DNA of 62,176 nt, taken from the sequence record SRR2962707_5378, one strand, 5' to 3'. Each line of letters opens with the position of its first letter. Position 1 is the stretch's first letter. Shown here piece after piece: positions 49,087 to 58,895 of this stretch. Made by a program: the position numbers and the translations under genes. The notes below the pieces were generated by a model. The model made no database searches and was not told the origin of the DNA. It was given only the letters and a program-made list of their open reading frames with translations.

Positions 49087-50043
49087 TCACTGCGGTTTTG
49101 TTGCGGCGACAGCACTTTCGACGACGACTTCGATTTCACCCTGCGTGACAGAGTCCAGAGCGATCGTCGGCGCTCGCACGGCCGCAGATTGGATCACTCC
49201 CAAGCGAACCAGAAGCTGCTTATGAACATGGTAGAAAAGGTCCCCCTCCTGCGCGGCAAGCCGGTTGACGGCCATGATCGTGGTATCAAAAAGTCGGCGG
49301 GCTTCCAGTTCCTGTCCCGCCTCGAGCAGGTTCCAAACGGCGACGAATGCTCCTGGCTGGCTGCAGAAAGGCATGACGCCGCGAGCACCCCTGCGGTATT
49401 CTTCGATCATGTAGCTGCCCCCTGCCCCGCCGATCACTGTCAGCGTATTGCCGGCCTTCTTCACCATGGTTCCGACCTGTGGAACTGTCGGCAAAGTCTC
49501 GACCTTGATGGTGCGTATGCTCTCGCTTTCCTTCGCGAGCTCGAGGGCCATGGCCGCTGAAACCGGCGCCTGGGGGATGTCCTGAAGGATCACAGGAATC
49601 TCGATGGCGGACGCGACGGCGCGGTAGTGAGCCACGCTGGCTGACGGCCCGGTATTCATCATGAATGGCGGATAGACCATGACGGCGTCGGCCCCCAGCC
49701 GCTGGGCCCCTTGGCTCAGCTCAACGCATAGCGACGTGCCGGAGGCGGAGGTATTTATGATGACGGGGACGCGCTTGTCCGTGTGACGGACAACACGAGA
49801 AATCAGCTCATCGCGCTCGGCTTCCGAGAACTTGAAGAACTCGCTGCCGATGGCCACGCCCAGGGCATGTACGCCAGCGGAAATGTTGAAATCGATCAAG
49901 CTCTCAAGGCTGTCATGATCGATGCGGCCGTTTGCATCGAACGGAGTGATCAGAATAGGGATGATTCCAGAGAAGTGCGCTTTGTCGGACATAGTTGTTC
50001 CAAAGGTTGTCATTCGGCGTTCGCGAATGGCCAAATCAGTCAA
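49087..50043 (-). CDS. DHDPS/NAL superfamily protein, L-KDA dehydratase-like
   Basis: GIIPIL.TPFD, GSEF..SE.ER, IPVILQD.P, IKVET. Confidence 0.82.
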   Translation of the reverse strand: MTDLAIRERRMTTFGTTMSDKAHFSGIIPILITPFDANGRIDHDSLESLIDFNISAGVHALGVAIGSEFFKFSEAERDELISRVVRHTDKRVPVIINTSASGTSLCVELSQGAQRLGADAVMVYPPFMMNTGPSASVAHYRAVASAIEIPVILQDIPQAPVSAAMALELAKESESIRTIKVETLPTVPQVGTMVKKAGNTLTVIGGAGGSYMIEEYRRGARGVMPFCSQPGAFVAVWNLLEAGQELEARRLFDTTIMAVNRLAAQEGDLFYHVHKQLLVRLGVIQSAAVRAPTIALDSVTQGEIEVVVESAVAATKPQ

Positions 50044-50338
50044 AATGGAAGACCTCTTCCAGCTCCTGACGCACGGGGCGTCCGGTTTCGTCGGTTTCCA
50101 TGTAGGGTTCGAGAGCCTTCCACCAGCGCAGCACCAGTTCGTCCGGGGGCTGGTTCAACGGCTTGCCGTCCAGTTCTTGGTAGGCGAACAACGTGTCTCC
50201 AAACCAAAAAATGCTGTAATTGCGGACGCCCTGGCGCCGCATGTTCTCCAGCATTTCAGGCCATATCTCGTCGTGAAATTTCTTGTACTGCGCCGCCCCA
50301 TTCGGTTTGAGGCGCATGGTCCAGGCACGCCTCATCAT
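50036..50338 (-). CDS. rhaM: L-rhamnose mutarotase family
   Basis: M.LKP....YK..HDEIWPEM, G..NYSIF, LFAY, WW....PYMET, LEEVFH. Confidence 0.85.
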   Translation of the reverse strand: MMRRAWTMRLKPNGAAQYKKFHDEIWPEMLENMRRQGVRNYSIFWFGDTLFAYQELDGKPLNQPPDELVLRWWKALEPYMETDETGRPVRQELEEVFHFD

Positions 50339-51501
50339 GAAGGCACCCGATTGTCTCGAATGTAGTCCCAGTTGATCTGGTACCCCATGCCAGGAAGGGT
50401 TGGCAGAGTGATGTACCCATCGGGGTCAAGTGGGTCGCAATTGGCGGCCAGGTACGGGTGGGTGGTTTCGTAGTCCACGCCCGGCGCCAAAAGGCCACGC
50501 TCGTAGTATTCGCTCGTGTCTTCGGATGTCGCACCCATAACCTGCAGATTGCCCCAACCAGCCATGTGGATCTCACATTTCAAACCGTAAGCTTCGCAAA
50601 CGACCGCAGTCTTGCGGCAACCGGTAATGCCGCCACGTTTGACATCCATTCGGCTCATGTCCGAAGCGCCACGCAGTATCCATTCGGCACGCGTGAAGAC
50701 TCCACCGGCCGCGATTTCCGGGGCCAGAATTGGGATGGAGAGTTCTCGCGCCAGACGCACATAGCTCTCGACGCGATATTCGGGCATGGGGTGCTCGAAC
50801 CAGTAGAAGTCGAGCTTTTCGAGCACGCGGCCGACCTTGATGGCCTCCTCGATGCTCATGTAGGTCCCCCAGACATCGTACATGAGCACCATGTCGTCAC
50901 CCACGGCCTCGCGAACGAGGTGGCAGGTTTCTATGTCTGCTGCGATGTTAGATGGCCGCCCCGGTGTCGGTTTGCCAGTCTCTGGATTCCAGAAGTAGTG
51001 GGGATGAATCTTGTAGGCGAGATATCCCAGTTCCTTGCAGGCGAGAGCATGGTCCGCATAGACCTGAGGCTTTCCGATATTCGGATAGGTCGACGCATAA
51101 GCCTTTACCCGATCCCTTGCCCCCCCCATCAGCTTATAGACCGGAAGACCAGCATGACGGCCGGCCAGATCCCAGAGCGCCATGTCGATCACGCTGGCCA
51201 CGCCCTCCGGAATATTGGCGACCCAGAACCACTTCCAGATCATTTCGCGATCGAAGGGATCCTGGCCAACCAACAGGTTCTTGATGCGTCCAAGGATCAG
51301 GTCTCGCTCGATCGAATTCAGTCCCTCTTGGTCACCGTGCTTAGCACCGCCCCCGAAGTAGTAGCCCTGAACGCCCTCATCAGTATCGATGATGAGGACT
51401 GACTGGAGCACCTCGGCCTGAGGGAGGAGCCTTGCATGGCCTATGTCCCACCGGTCCGCGTAGGTGCGGAAGGATTCAACCTTGATGTCGGTAATTTTCA
51501 T
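50335..51501 (-). CDS. Enolase superfamily (MR subgroup) dehydratase
   Basis: DMALWDL.GR, AYAST, YKIH, metal ligands MYD/FEHP/APE, EIH. Confidence 0.88.
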   Translation of the reverse strand: MKITDIKVESFRTYADRWDIGHARLLPQAEVLQSVLIIDTDEGVQGYYFGGGAKHGDQEGLNSIERDLILGRIKNLLVGQDPFDREMIWKWFWVANIPEGVASVIDMALWDLAGRHAGLPVYKLMGGARDRVKAYASTYPNIGKPQVYADHALACKELGYLAYKIHPHYFWNPETGKPTPGRPSNIAADIETCHLVREAVGDDMVLMYDVWGTYMSIEEAIKVGRVLEKLDFYWFEHPMPEYRVESYVRLARELSIPILAPEIAAGGVFTRAEWILRGASDMSRMDVKRGGITGCRKTAVVCEAYGLKCEIHMAGWGNLQVMGATSEDTSEYYERGLLAPGVDYETTHPYLAANCDPLDPDGYITLPTLPGMGYQINWDYIRDNRVPS

Positions 51502-51525
51502 GTGGCGGTCTCCGCAAACGTGTCT

Positions 51526-52578
51526 TCAGCGGATCGCCAAACCGGAGTCTGGATCGAAGAAATGGGCTTTCCCGTCAGGAATGGTCAGACGCACCTGGCC
51601 CCCAACTGAGGCAGTGACACGCTCACGCGTTGTGACAGTTATTGTGGTTTCGCCGATGCGGGCTGTCAGTTGCGTTTCTGCTCCGGTCGGCTCGACCAGG
51701 ATCACGGTGGCGGGGAAGCCATCCGAAGAGATCATGAAATCTTCCGGGCGCACGCCCACCACGATGGGCGTGCCTTCTATGCGCCCAAGATGACTGGCGG
51801 GGACCGACCCTTCACCGCCGAACTCCGCTCGGCCAGATGCAACGGTTGAATTAATGAAGTTCATAGCCGGCGAACCGATGAACCCAGCGACAAAAACGTT
51901 ACGCGGGGTGTCGTACAGTTCGAGAGGTGTTCCGATCTGTTCGACATGACCGTCCTTCATCACCACAATCTTGTCAGCCATGGTCATGGCTTCGATTTGA
52001 TCGTGCGTGACATAGACGATGGTGGATTTCAGTCGCTGATGCAGTTCCTTGATTTCCGCGCGAACCTGCACGCGTAGCTTTGCATCCAAATTCGACAACG
52101 GTTCATCGAACAGGAAAACCTTGGGGTTGCGAACGATGGCTCGACCCATGGCAACACGTTGGCGCTGTCCACCCGAGAGTTGACGGGGGTATCGTTCGAG
52201 CAGCGGCTCAAGGCCCAGGATCGACGCCGCTTCGCGCACACGTTTTGCCGCCTCCACCTTCGGCATGCGCGCCATCTTGAGCGAAAATGCCATATTGTCG
52301 GCGACCGTCATATGGGGATAGAGGGCATAGTTCTGGAACACCATAGCAATGTCGCGGCTCTTGGGCGGCAGCTGATTGACCACTTGCCCATCGATGGTAA
52401 TTGAGCCGTCGCTGATGGTCTCTAAGCCCGCCACGGATCGCAGCAAGGTAGATTTGCCACAGCCGGACGGTCCGACCAGAACGACAAATTCGCCGTCCGC
52501 TACATCGATATCGATCCCGTGAAGAACCTCGACAGCGCCATATGACTTGCGGATATTGCGCAGACCTACTGAACCCAT
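51526..52578 (-). CDS. Sugar ABC ATPase (MalK-like)
   Basis: GPSGCGKST, VFQNYALYPHM, LSGGQRQR; start at MGSVGL. Confidence 0.95.
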   Translation of the reverse strand: MGSVGLRNIRKSYGAVEVLHGIDIDVADGEFVVLVGPSGCGKSTLLRSVAGLETISDGSITIDGQVVNQLPPKSRDIAMVFQNYALYPHMTVADNMAFSLKMARMPKVEAAKRVREAASILGLEPLLERYPRQLSGGQRQRVAMGRAIVRNPKVFLFDEPLSNLDAKLRVQVRAEIKELHQRLKSTIVYVTHDQIEAMTMADKIVVMKDGHVEQIGTPLELYDTPRNVFVAGFIGSPAMNFINSTVASGRAEFGGEGSVPASHLGRIEGTPIVVGVRPEDFMISSDGFPATVILVEPTGAETQLTARIGETTITVTTRERVTASVGGQVRLTIPDGKAHFFDPDSGLAIR

Positions 52579-52579
52579 T

Positions 52580-53746
52580 TCAGCCTCCCTGATTTTGGTT
52601 TTGAACGAGGGACGGGTCGTCGGCCTCGAAGATTTTGATGATGTGTGCGGGTGGCAAGTTGCCGCCCGGGTTGGATGGAACGACGACCTGACCGACAGTA
52701 GGCAGGACTGGCGCAGACATGAGCGAATAGAGCGGTGACCCTTCCCCCCGGTCCACGAATTCCACCACTGCATCGGTCTGTCGCGCGGCTGCCATGGCAA
52801 GTGCCCAAGGCTGCTCGCTTGTATTGTGCAAGATGACCGGGATGTCGCTCTGACTTGCCAGCTCAAGAATGCGGAGACATTCCGTCACGCCACCGGCCCA
52901 GGCCACATCGGGCTGCAGCAAATCCACAAGGCCCTCATCGATCAGCTGCTCACAATCCCAGCGAGTAAAGCAGAAATTGCCCAGGGCCAGCCGGATGTCT
53001 TCACCCAGTTCGCGCTTGATTTTTCGCAACCCCGAAAGGTCATACGAAGGAAGCGGGTCTTCAAACCAGAAGATATCCAGATCCTTGCAGGACCTCGCAA
53101 ACTCGATTGTGTAATCCGCATCCCAAGCCATGAAAGCATCAAGCATGATACGTCTGTCACGCCCGGCCGCCGATCGGAACCTCTCCATCAGCGCCCGGTT
53201 TGCATTCTTTCCGTCAATGCCACTACTCGGCCCATAGGGCATGGCAGCCTTCAGCCCCCACCACGGTCCTTCAAAGGATTCAGGCTGATCCGTCGTTGCA
53301 TAGACGGGAAGCCGCTGCGCCGCGGAAGCCCCAAGAAGATCGACCAAGGGACAACCCGACATCTTGGCCTTTAGGTCCCACAGAGCGATGTCGACGCCTG
53401 AGACAGCCATCATGGCAAAGCCGGACCGATCATTGGGAAGCAGCGAGCCGAACATCTGGTCCCAGACCTCGGCGATGTCATCGATCGTACGATCAATGAC
53501 AAAGCGGACGAGGTGCGCATTGATGATCAGGGCGACGACCTCACCGCCATTGGTGCAGCTCCAACCAACCTGACCACTGTCGGCCTCGATGCGGACGAAG
53601 ACCTTCTGGGTCGGCCACATCCAACTGGAGCGTTTTTCGCTGAAGGCGCTCCAGCGCTCCATTGGGGAAGCCACGCGACTGGTCTGCAACTTCTGCTTTT
53701 GAAAGCCGCAGTCGATGGAGATCGCGCGAACTGACTTGATCCTCAT
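52580..53746 (-). CDS. L-rhamnonate dehydratase (RhmD)-like enolase superfamily protein
   Basis: ASPM, WDQMF, S.VD.ALWDL, PVYAT, K..MPYGP..G, MLD.FM, QPDVAW.GG.TE. Confidence 0.75.
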   Translation of the reverse strand: MRIKSVRAISIDCGFQKQKLQTSRVASPMERWSAFSEKRSSWMWPTQKVFVRIEADSGQVGWSCTNGGEVVALIINAHLVRFVIDRTIDDIAEVWDQMFGSLLPNDRSGFAMMAVSGVDIALWDLKAKMSGCPLVDLLGASAAQRLPVYATTDQPESFEGPWWGLKAAMPYGPSSGIDGKNANRALMERFRSAAGRDRRIMLDAFMAWDADYTIEFARSCKDLDIFWFEDPLPSYDLSGLRKIKRELGEDIRLALGNFCFTRWDCEQLIDEGLVDLLQPDVAWAGGVTECLRILELASQSDIPVILHNTSEQPWALAMAAARQTDAVVEFVDRGEGSPLYSLMSAPVLPTVGQVVVPSNPGGNLPPAHIIKIFEADDPSLVQNQNQGG

Positions 53747-54600
53747 CCCTTCACCGCGCCCTGCAGCAGGCCCTTCGTGAAGTACCGTTGCCCGAAGAAG
53801 AACACGACCATGATGGGTAGAGCGACCAGACTAGCGGCGGCGCCAACACTGTTGAACTCTAGCGAGAACAGCTCGACAAAGCTCGCGAGCCCGATCGTCA
53901 CGGTCTTGTTCTCGGTGCTTTCGAGAAGAATTGAGGCAAACGCGAATTCAGACCATGCACCGACAAAGTGCCACATGGCGGCCGTGATCAGCGCCGGCGT
54001 CGCCAACGGCAACACGATCAGGAACATACTCTGAAGCCGACTCGCACCGTCGATCATCGCGGACTCTTCCAGCTCGACCGGGATCTCGCGCAGGCTGCTG
54101 GCAATGATCCAGGTGGCGAATGGCAGCCCAAAGGCCGAATAGAGAAGGATGAGACCAACCAGAGAGTCCTGGAGTCCAAGCGTGTTCATCAGGCGGTAGG
54201 TTGGGAGGAGCAGCGCCGCTCCCTGGAACATGCGGGAAATCAGCAGCCCGCCGAGAATGAGGTCGCGTCCAGGAAACTTGAGACGGCTGAACGCATAACC
54301 GGCGAAGGTGGCGAGCACCACAACCAAAACGGTGGACGAAACAGCAACAAGAAAACTGTTTCCAATTAGGGTGGGCCAATCCAGCAACTGGTTTGATTGC
54401 GTGCCCGAAGTGAACAGGTCCGTATAGGCCTCAAGCGTCGGGTTGATCGGCCAGAAGCTAATCGGCAATTGGCTCATTTCGGCGTCGGGCTTGAACGACG
54501 CCAAGACCAACCAGAAGATCGGAAAAAGTACATAGACGGCAATGACCAGTCCGATCAGGGTCATGGCGACGTGGTACCAGGGGCGTGCAGTCTCGTTCAT
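53743..54600 (-). CDS. Carbohydrate ABC permease (MalG-like)
   Basis: AGYAFSR, IPVELEESAMIDGAS, WSEF.FA. Confidence 0.93.
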   Translation of the reverse strand: MNETARPWYHVAMTLIGLVIAVYVLFPIFWLVLASFKPDAEMSQLPISFWPINPTLEAYTDLFTSGTQSNQLLDWPTLIGNSFLVAVSSTVLVVVLATFAGYAFSRLKFPGRDLILGGLLISRMFQGAALLLPTYRLMNTLGLQDSLVGLILLYSAFGLPFATWIIASSLREIPVELEESAMIDGASRLQSMFLIVLPLATPALITAAMWHFVGAWSEFAFASILLESTENKTVTIGLASFVELFSLEFNSVGAAASLVALPIMVVFFFGQRYFTKGLLQGAVKG

Positions 54601-55484
54601 TTTTGGTCTCCGGCACTCCAAGACCTGCGCATGATGAACAGGTAGAGCGATACAATTATCAGCAGGAAAACAAGGTTAACCACGGACATTGCCGAGCCGA
54701 CGCCCCAGTTAAAGTACTGAAAACTCTGCTGGTAGATGTAGGTCGAAAGTATTTGGCTTGCATTGGCGGGCCCTCCGCCAGTCATAACCCATGGCAAAGT
54801 GAATTCTGCAGTGATCCAGATCATTGAAATAACTGTAACGGCAGTCAGAGAGAACGAAATGTGTGGCAAGACCACATGACGGAAGCGCGACCAGGCGTTC
54901 GCGCCGTCAAGTTTGCTGGCCTCCAGGTGCTCTTGCGGCACAGAACGTATCGCTGCGCAGAGGATAAGTGCGACAAGTGGCATTTTCCGCCAGACCAGAA
55001 CGATAGCCAGAACCCACATGACCATTTCGGGCTCGCCGAGAAATGAAATGGGCTGATCCGTCAGACCCGTTGACACCATTGTCTGCCCAACAATGCCGAC
55101 CTGACCGTGGAGCATCCACTTCCAGGCCATGGCCGTAACCACGTCCGGCAGGATCCAGGGAAGGAGAATGATGGCGCGCAAACCTGTTGTGAGCCTGGAG
55201 TCGATGGCGAGGTAGGTTCCCACAGCCAAGCCGATGGTGACGCACAGGATTGTGCCCCCGGCGATCCAGATGACTGTGTTCTTGAGAACAGTTCCGAAGA
55301 CCGGATCCTTGAATAGGGCCTCGAAGTTCGACAGCGTGCCGAACCCCATCTGCTGACCCATCACGATCTTTGTGAAGCTTAATGTAGCTACGTCATAAAC
55401 TGGCCCTGCAACGAAGGCGAGCACCGCCGCAACCACTGGCAGGATCATAAAATATGCCAGCCACTTTTCTTTTAGCATGCCCAC
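54597..55484 (-). CDS. Carbohydrate ABC permease (MalF-like)
   Basis: LLPWILP, EASKLDGA, MTGGGP. Confidence 0.93.
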   Translation of the reverse strand: MGMLKEKWLAYFMILPVVAAVLAFVAGPVYDVATLSFTKIVMGQQMGFGTLSNFEALFKDPVFGTVLKNTVIWIAGGTILCVTIGLAVGTYLAIDSRLTTGLRAIILLPWILPDVVTAMAWKWMLHGQVGIVGQTMVSTGLTDQPISFLGEPEMVMWVLAIVLVWRKMPLVALILCAAIRSVPQEHLEASKLDGANAWSRFRHVVLPHISFSLTAVTVISMIWITAEFTLPWVMTGGGPANASQILSTYIYQQSFQYFNWGVGSAMSVVNLVFLLIIVSLYLFIMRRSWSAGDQK

Positions 55485-55512
55485 GACAATGCCCTCCTTC
55501 GTCTAGGTCAGA

Positions 55513-56826
55513 TCAGCCGCGCAGCACGTCGATCTGCTGCTGTGCGGCGACCGTTGCCTCGGCCAACGCCTCGGCCGGCGTCTTCTGGCCGAGTACCGCT
55601 TGCTGGATGGCAACGCCCAGTGCAGTCTCGACTGCGGACACGCCAATGAACCGTGGAAGCGGCGAGGCCCCACTGAACAGACTGCCTTCGTCGTAGGAGT
55701 TCACCCAATTGGGCCAAGCTTCCGCCAGTGCAGGCAGCTTCCACGAAGACTTGCCTGCCGGTATGCGTGAGACTTCCCTGCTTCCCCAGAGGTTGAGCTG
55801 CTCGTCCTGGGTCCAGAAGTCGATGTACTCGACGGCCGCTTCCGGGTTCTTGGCCCGGGACGACACCATCAAAATGCCGGTTGGGTCCATCAGAGCGTTC
55901 ACAGGCGAATATTCCCCGGTCACGGTATCGGGACGCGGGAAGGGTGCCCCCGTCCAGTTCAGCCCTTCGACAACTGGCCAAGGCGAGTTCAGCCAGGACA
56001 GGCCAATCCACATAGCGGAGCGGCGCTGACCGAAGAGCTGAGCTGTGTCGCGGAAATTGGTTTCGGTCATTGCACTGCCGGACGGCGTAGAGCCATCGGC
56101 AATCAGGTCGGCATAGAGCTGCAGCGCATCGACGAAACCCTGGCCATCGAGGGTCACCTTATTGGTTTCCTCATCGAAGATGCGACCACCGTTGGCGTAG
56201 GCGATGCCTTCGAAGATGTTGATGTCGACGGGAGCCGTGGTCGCGGGGAACGCAATGCCCGGACGATCGGGCTTCGTTAGAGCTTTTGCGTATTCACGCA
56301 GCTCCGACCAGGTCTCGGGCGGACGATCGAATCCGGCTTCCTTCAGCGCATCGACATCAACGGCGAGGAAGCTGGCCATGTCGACATAGGTCGGCACGCC
56401 ATAGAGCTTGCCCTCGTGCATGCCCGAAGCGAGAATTTCGGGGACGATACGATCTTTCCAACCCTCGACTCGATCACCCGCAATGTCATCCAGGGGTTGG
56501 ACCATGCCAAAACCAACAAATTCAGGGATGTCCTGGCCAAATGCGATGATCACGTCGGCGAGCTTGCCGGTCTGGAAACCAGCTAGCAGCTTCTGCCGCC
56601 TGATTTGTCCGTTGAAAAATGAGTAATCAAGCTGCAGGTCCGGATTGGCCTGTTCAAAGATGGCATTGCGCTCCGGCCACATCTCCGTCTCAGCAATAGT
56701 GCCACCGAATTTCCAGACGGACAGCGGGCCGGATGCAGCGTTCGCCGAAAGGGTCGGCATGGCGCTCGCGAGAGCAAGGGCTGATGTGCCCATGACGAAG
56801 CTGCGCCTATTCAACTTGAATTCCAT
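55513..56826 (-). CDS. Carbohydrate ABC substrate-binding protein with Tat signal
   Basis: LNRRSFV twin-arginine motif, GKLYGVP, PPETW.EL. Confidence 0.9.
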   Translation of the reverse strand: MEFKLNRRSFVMGTSALALASAMPTLSANAASGPLSVWKFGGTIAETEMWPERNAIFEQANPDLQLDYSFFNGQIRRQKLLAGFQTGKLADVIIAFGQDIPEFVGFGMVQPLDDIAGDRVEGWKDRIVPEILASGMHEGKLYGVPTYVDMASFLAVDVDALKEAGFDRPPETWSELREYAKALTKPDRPGIAFPATTAPVDINIFEGIAYANGGRIFDEETNKVTLDGQGFVDALQLYADLIADGSTPSGSAMTETNFRDTAQLFGQRRSAMWIGLSWLNSPWPVVEGLNWTGAPFPRPDTVTGEYSPVNALMDPTGILMVSSRAKNPEAAVEYIDFWTQDEQLNLWGSREVSRIPAGKSSWKLPALAEAWPNWVNSYDEGSLFSGASPLPRFIGVSAVETALGVAIQQAVLGQKTPAEALAEATVAAQQQIDVLRG

Positions 56827-56878
56827 GGTTTCCTCCAATTGTGCCCGGCACCCCTGCCGGCCCAGGCTCCTCCAACAC

Positions 56879-56942
56879 AAATGACATTCGTATATCATTT
56901 GCGATTGACGCGAACCTAAGTGGAATGATATTCGTATGTCAA
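56879..56942. promoter_or_regulatory. Two LacI-family operator-like palindromes in divergent promoter
   Basis: ATGACATTCGTATATCAT (56881-56898) and ATGATATTCGTATGTCAA (56925-56942), central CG. Confidence 0.65.
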
Positions 56943-57038
56943 GAGCGATGACGCACGAGTGTCATCTTTGATCTGGCGCGCAATCAAGGCCGCAGGCTCT
57001 ATTGCGGAAGATATGATCTGTCATGGGGACGGCACCGA

Positions 57039-58082
57039 ATGACCAATGAGTTGCTCGAGCAGCAAGCGCAGACGCATCGACCTGCGAAGACGCTGAAAGA
57101 CGTCTCGAGAGCCTCAGGGCTGTCACTCATCACCGTCTCGCGAGCATTGCGCAAACCGGAAACCGTGAGTGACGCGACTAAGGCCAAAGTCCACGCCGCA
57201 ATTGCAGAAATCGGTTATGTGCCCAACCTCACGGCCCGATCCTTGGTGTCTCAGCGGTCCAATATCGTCGGTGTAGTGGTGCCGATCCTTGGCAGCTCGC
57301 TTTTTGCGGACTTTACGCAAGGTCTGGCTGGGGTACTCCGAGATGAGGGACTGAACGTGCTCTTGAGCGTCAGCGAATGGTCTCAGGACCATGAGACCGA
57401 CGCTGCCAAGGTTTTTCTTGGACGACAGGCTGATGCGATCATTCTGACTGGGTTCACTCACTCCTCCGAAAGCGCCAACCTGCTTCGTGGATTTCCCGGT
57501 CCTATTGTTGAGACTTGGAATTTGCGCCCGGAAGCTCTGGATATGGCCGTGGGCTACAACAATTACGGCGCCGCTGCGGAGATGACTCGCTACCTTATTG
57601 CGAAGGGATACGAGCGCATTGCGGTGGTTGGGGGTGAGTTCAACCGCCACGACCAGTCATTTGATCGCTATCGAGGCTTCATGGACACGATGCGTGAGGC
57701 CGGACGTTCGGTGCCGCAAGAACACCAGATCTCTATCAGGGATCCAGCAACAATGGAGACCGGCCAATCGGCAATTCGCCAACTACTGGCCCTCCCGAAC
57801 CGCCCTGACGCGGTCTTCTTCCATGCGGAGGTCCCCGCCCATGGCGCTGTACTCGCCTGTATGTCCGATGGTCTCAGCATGCCCGACGATGTGGCCATCA
57901 TCGGATTTGGTGACCTCAGTCTTTCCGCGCTGCTGCCAACGCCTCTGACCACAGTGCGCATCAAGGCCAGAGAGATCGGTGAGCTCTCAGCCAAGGTCGT
58001 AGCTGACCGCCTCAATGGACTTCGAACGTCCCAAAACACGTTTGACGTTGGCTACCAGATCATGCGCCGGGCAAGCGCTTAA
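57039..58082 (+). CDS. LacI family regulator (GntR/IdnR-like)
   Basis: TLKDVSRASGLS.ITVSRALR, YVPN..ARSL, PDDVAIIGFGD. Confidence 0.95.
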   Translation: MTNELLEQQAQTHRPAKTLKDVSRASGLSLITVSRALRKPETVSDATKAKVHAAIAEIGYVPNLTARSLVSQRSNIVGVVVPILGSSLFADFTQGLAGVLRDEGLNVLLSVSEWSQDHETDAAKVFLGRQADAIILTGFTHSSESANLLRGFPGPIVETWNLRPEALDMAVGYNNYGAAAEMTRYLIAKGYERIAVVGGEFNRHDQSFDRYRGFMDTMREAGRSVPQEHQISIRDPATMETGQSAIRQLLALPNRPDAVFFHAEVPAHGAVLACMSDGLSMPDDVAIIGFGDLSLSALLPTPLTTVRIKAREIGELSAKVVADRLNGLRTSQNTFDVGYQIMRRASA

Positions 58083-58104
58083 CCTTCTAGGAACGGAAAA
58101 CTTC

Positions 58105-58860
58105 ATGAACGCCTATGACTTCGCCGACCGCGTTGCCATCGTCACCGGTGGCGGCCAAGGGATCGGCTACACAGTGGCTCAACGAATTCTCGCCAGCGGC
58201 GGCCGCGTCTGCATCTGGGATGTGGATCAATCACTGCTGGAAAAACTACCGTCAGGCCTGGATGCTAGTAGCGATCACCTGCTGGCTCAGAAGATCGACA
58301 TTTCCAACCTGGCCGCTGTGGAGATTGGCGTCGCCAATGTCATCGAAAATTTCGGAAAGATCGATGTCCTGATCAACAACGCCGCTATCGTTGGCCCGAA
58401 TGCGCCCACGTGGGAGTATCCACCGGACGCATTTGAAAGCGTCGTCCGCATTGGCCTTCTTGGAACTTTCAATGTCTGTCGCGCCGTCGTCCCTCACATG
58501 ATCAAGGCCAACTATGGTCGGATCGTCAATGTGAGTTCTGTCGCAGGCAAGGAGGGCAACCCAGGGGCACCTGCCTACTCTTCCACGAAGGCAGGTGTGC
58601 TAGCCCTCACGAAGTCGCTTGGAAAAGAACTGGCCAGCTACGACATCTCGGTGAACGCCGTGACTCCGGCCGTTGCCAAGACAACGATGGCGCTCAGCCA
58701 AGACCCCGATTTCCTGAAGATGATACTCGCCAAGATCCCACGCGGTCGCATGCTCGAATTGACTGAAGCGGCATCGGCGATCTGCTGGCTGGCGACCGAG
58801 GAGAACTCCTTTACAACAGCCTCGACATTTGACCTCTCCGGCGGTCGCGCCACCTACTAG
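58105..58860 (+). CDS. SDR, 2-keto-3-deoxy-L-rhamnonate dehydrogenase-like
   Basis: TGGGQGIG, SVAGKEGNP, YSSTK, FDLSGGRATY; adjacent to FAH gene. Confidence 0.8.
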   Translation: MNAYDFADRVAIVTGGGQGIGYTVAQRILASGGRVCIWDVDQSLLEKLPSGLDASSDHLLAQKIDISNLAAVEIGVANVIENFGKIDVLINNAAIVGPNAPTWEYPPDAFESVVRIGLLGTFNVCRAVVPHMIKANYGRIVNVSSVAGKEGNPGAPAYSSTKAGVLALTKSLGKELASYDISVNAVTPAVAKTTMALSQDPDFLKMILAKIPRGRMLELTEAASAICWLATEENSFTTASTFDLSGGRATY

Positions 58861-58895
58861 TCCGTACTCAACCCCACCGAAAAGATCAGGGAACT

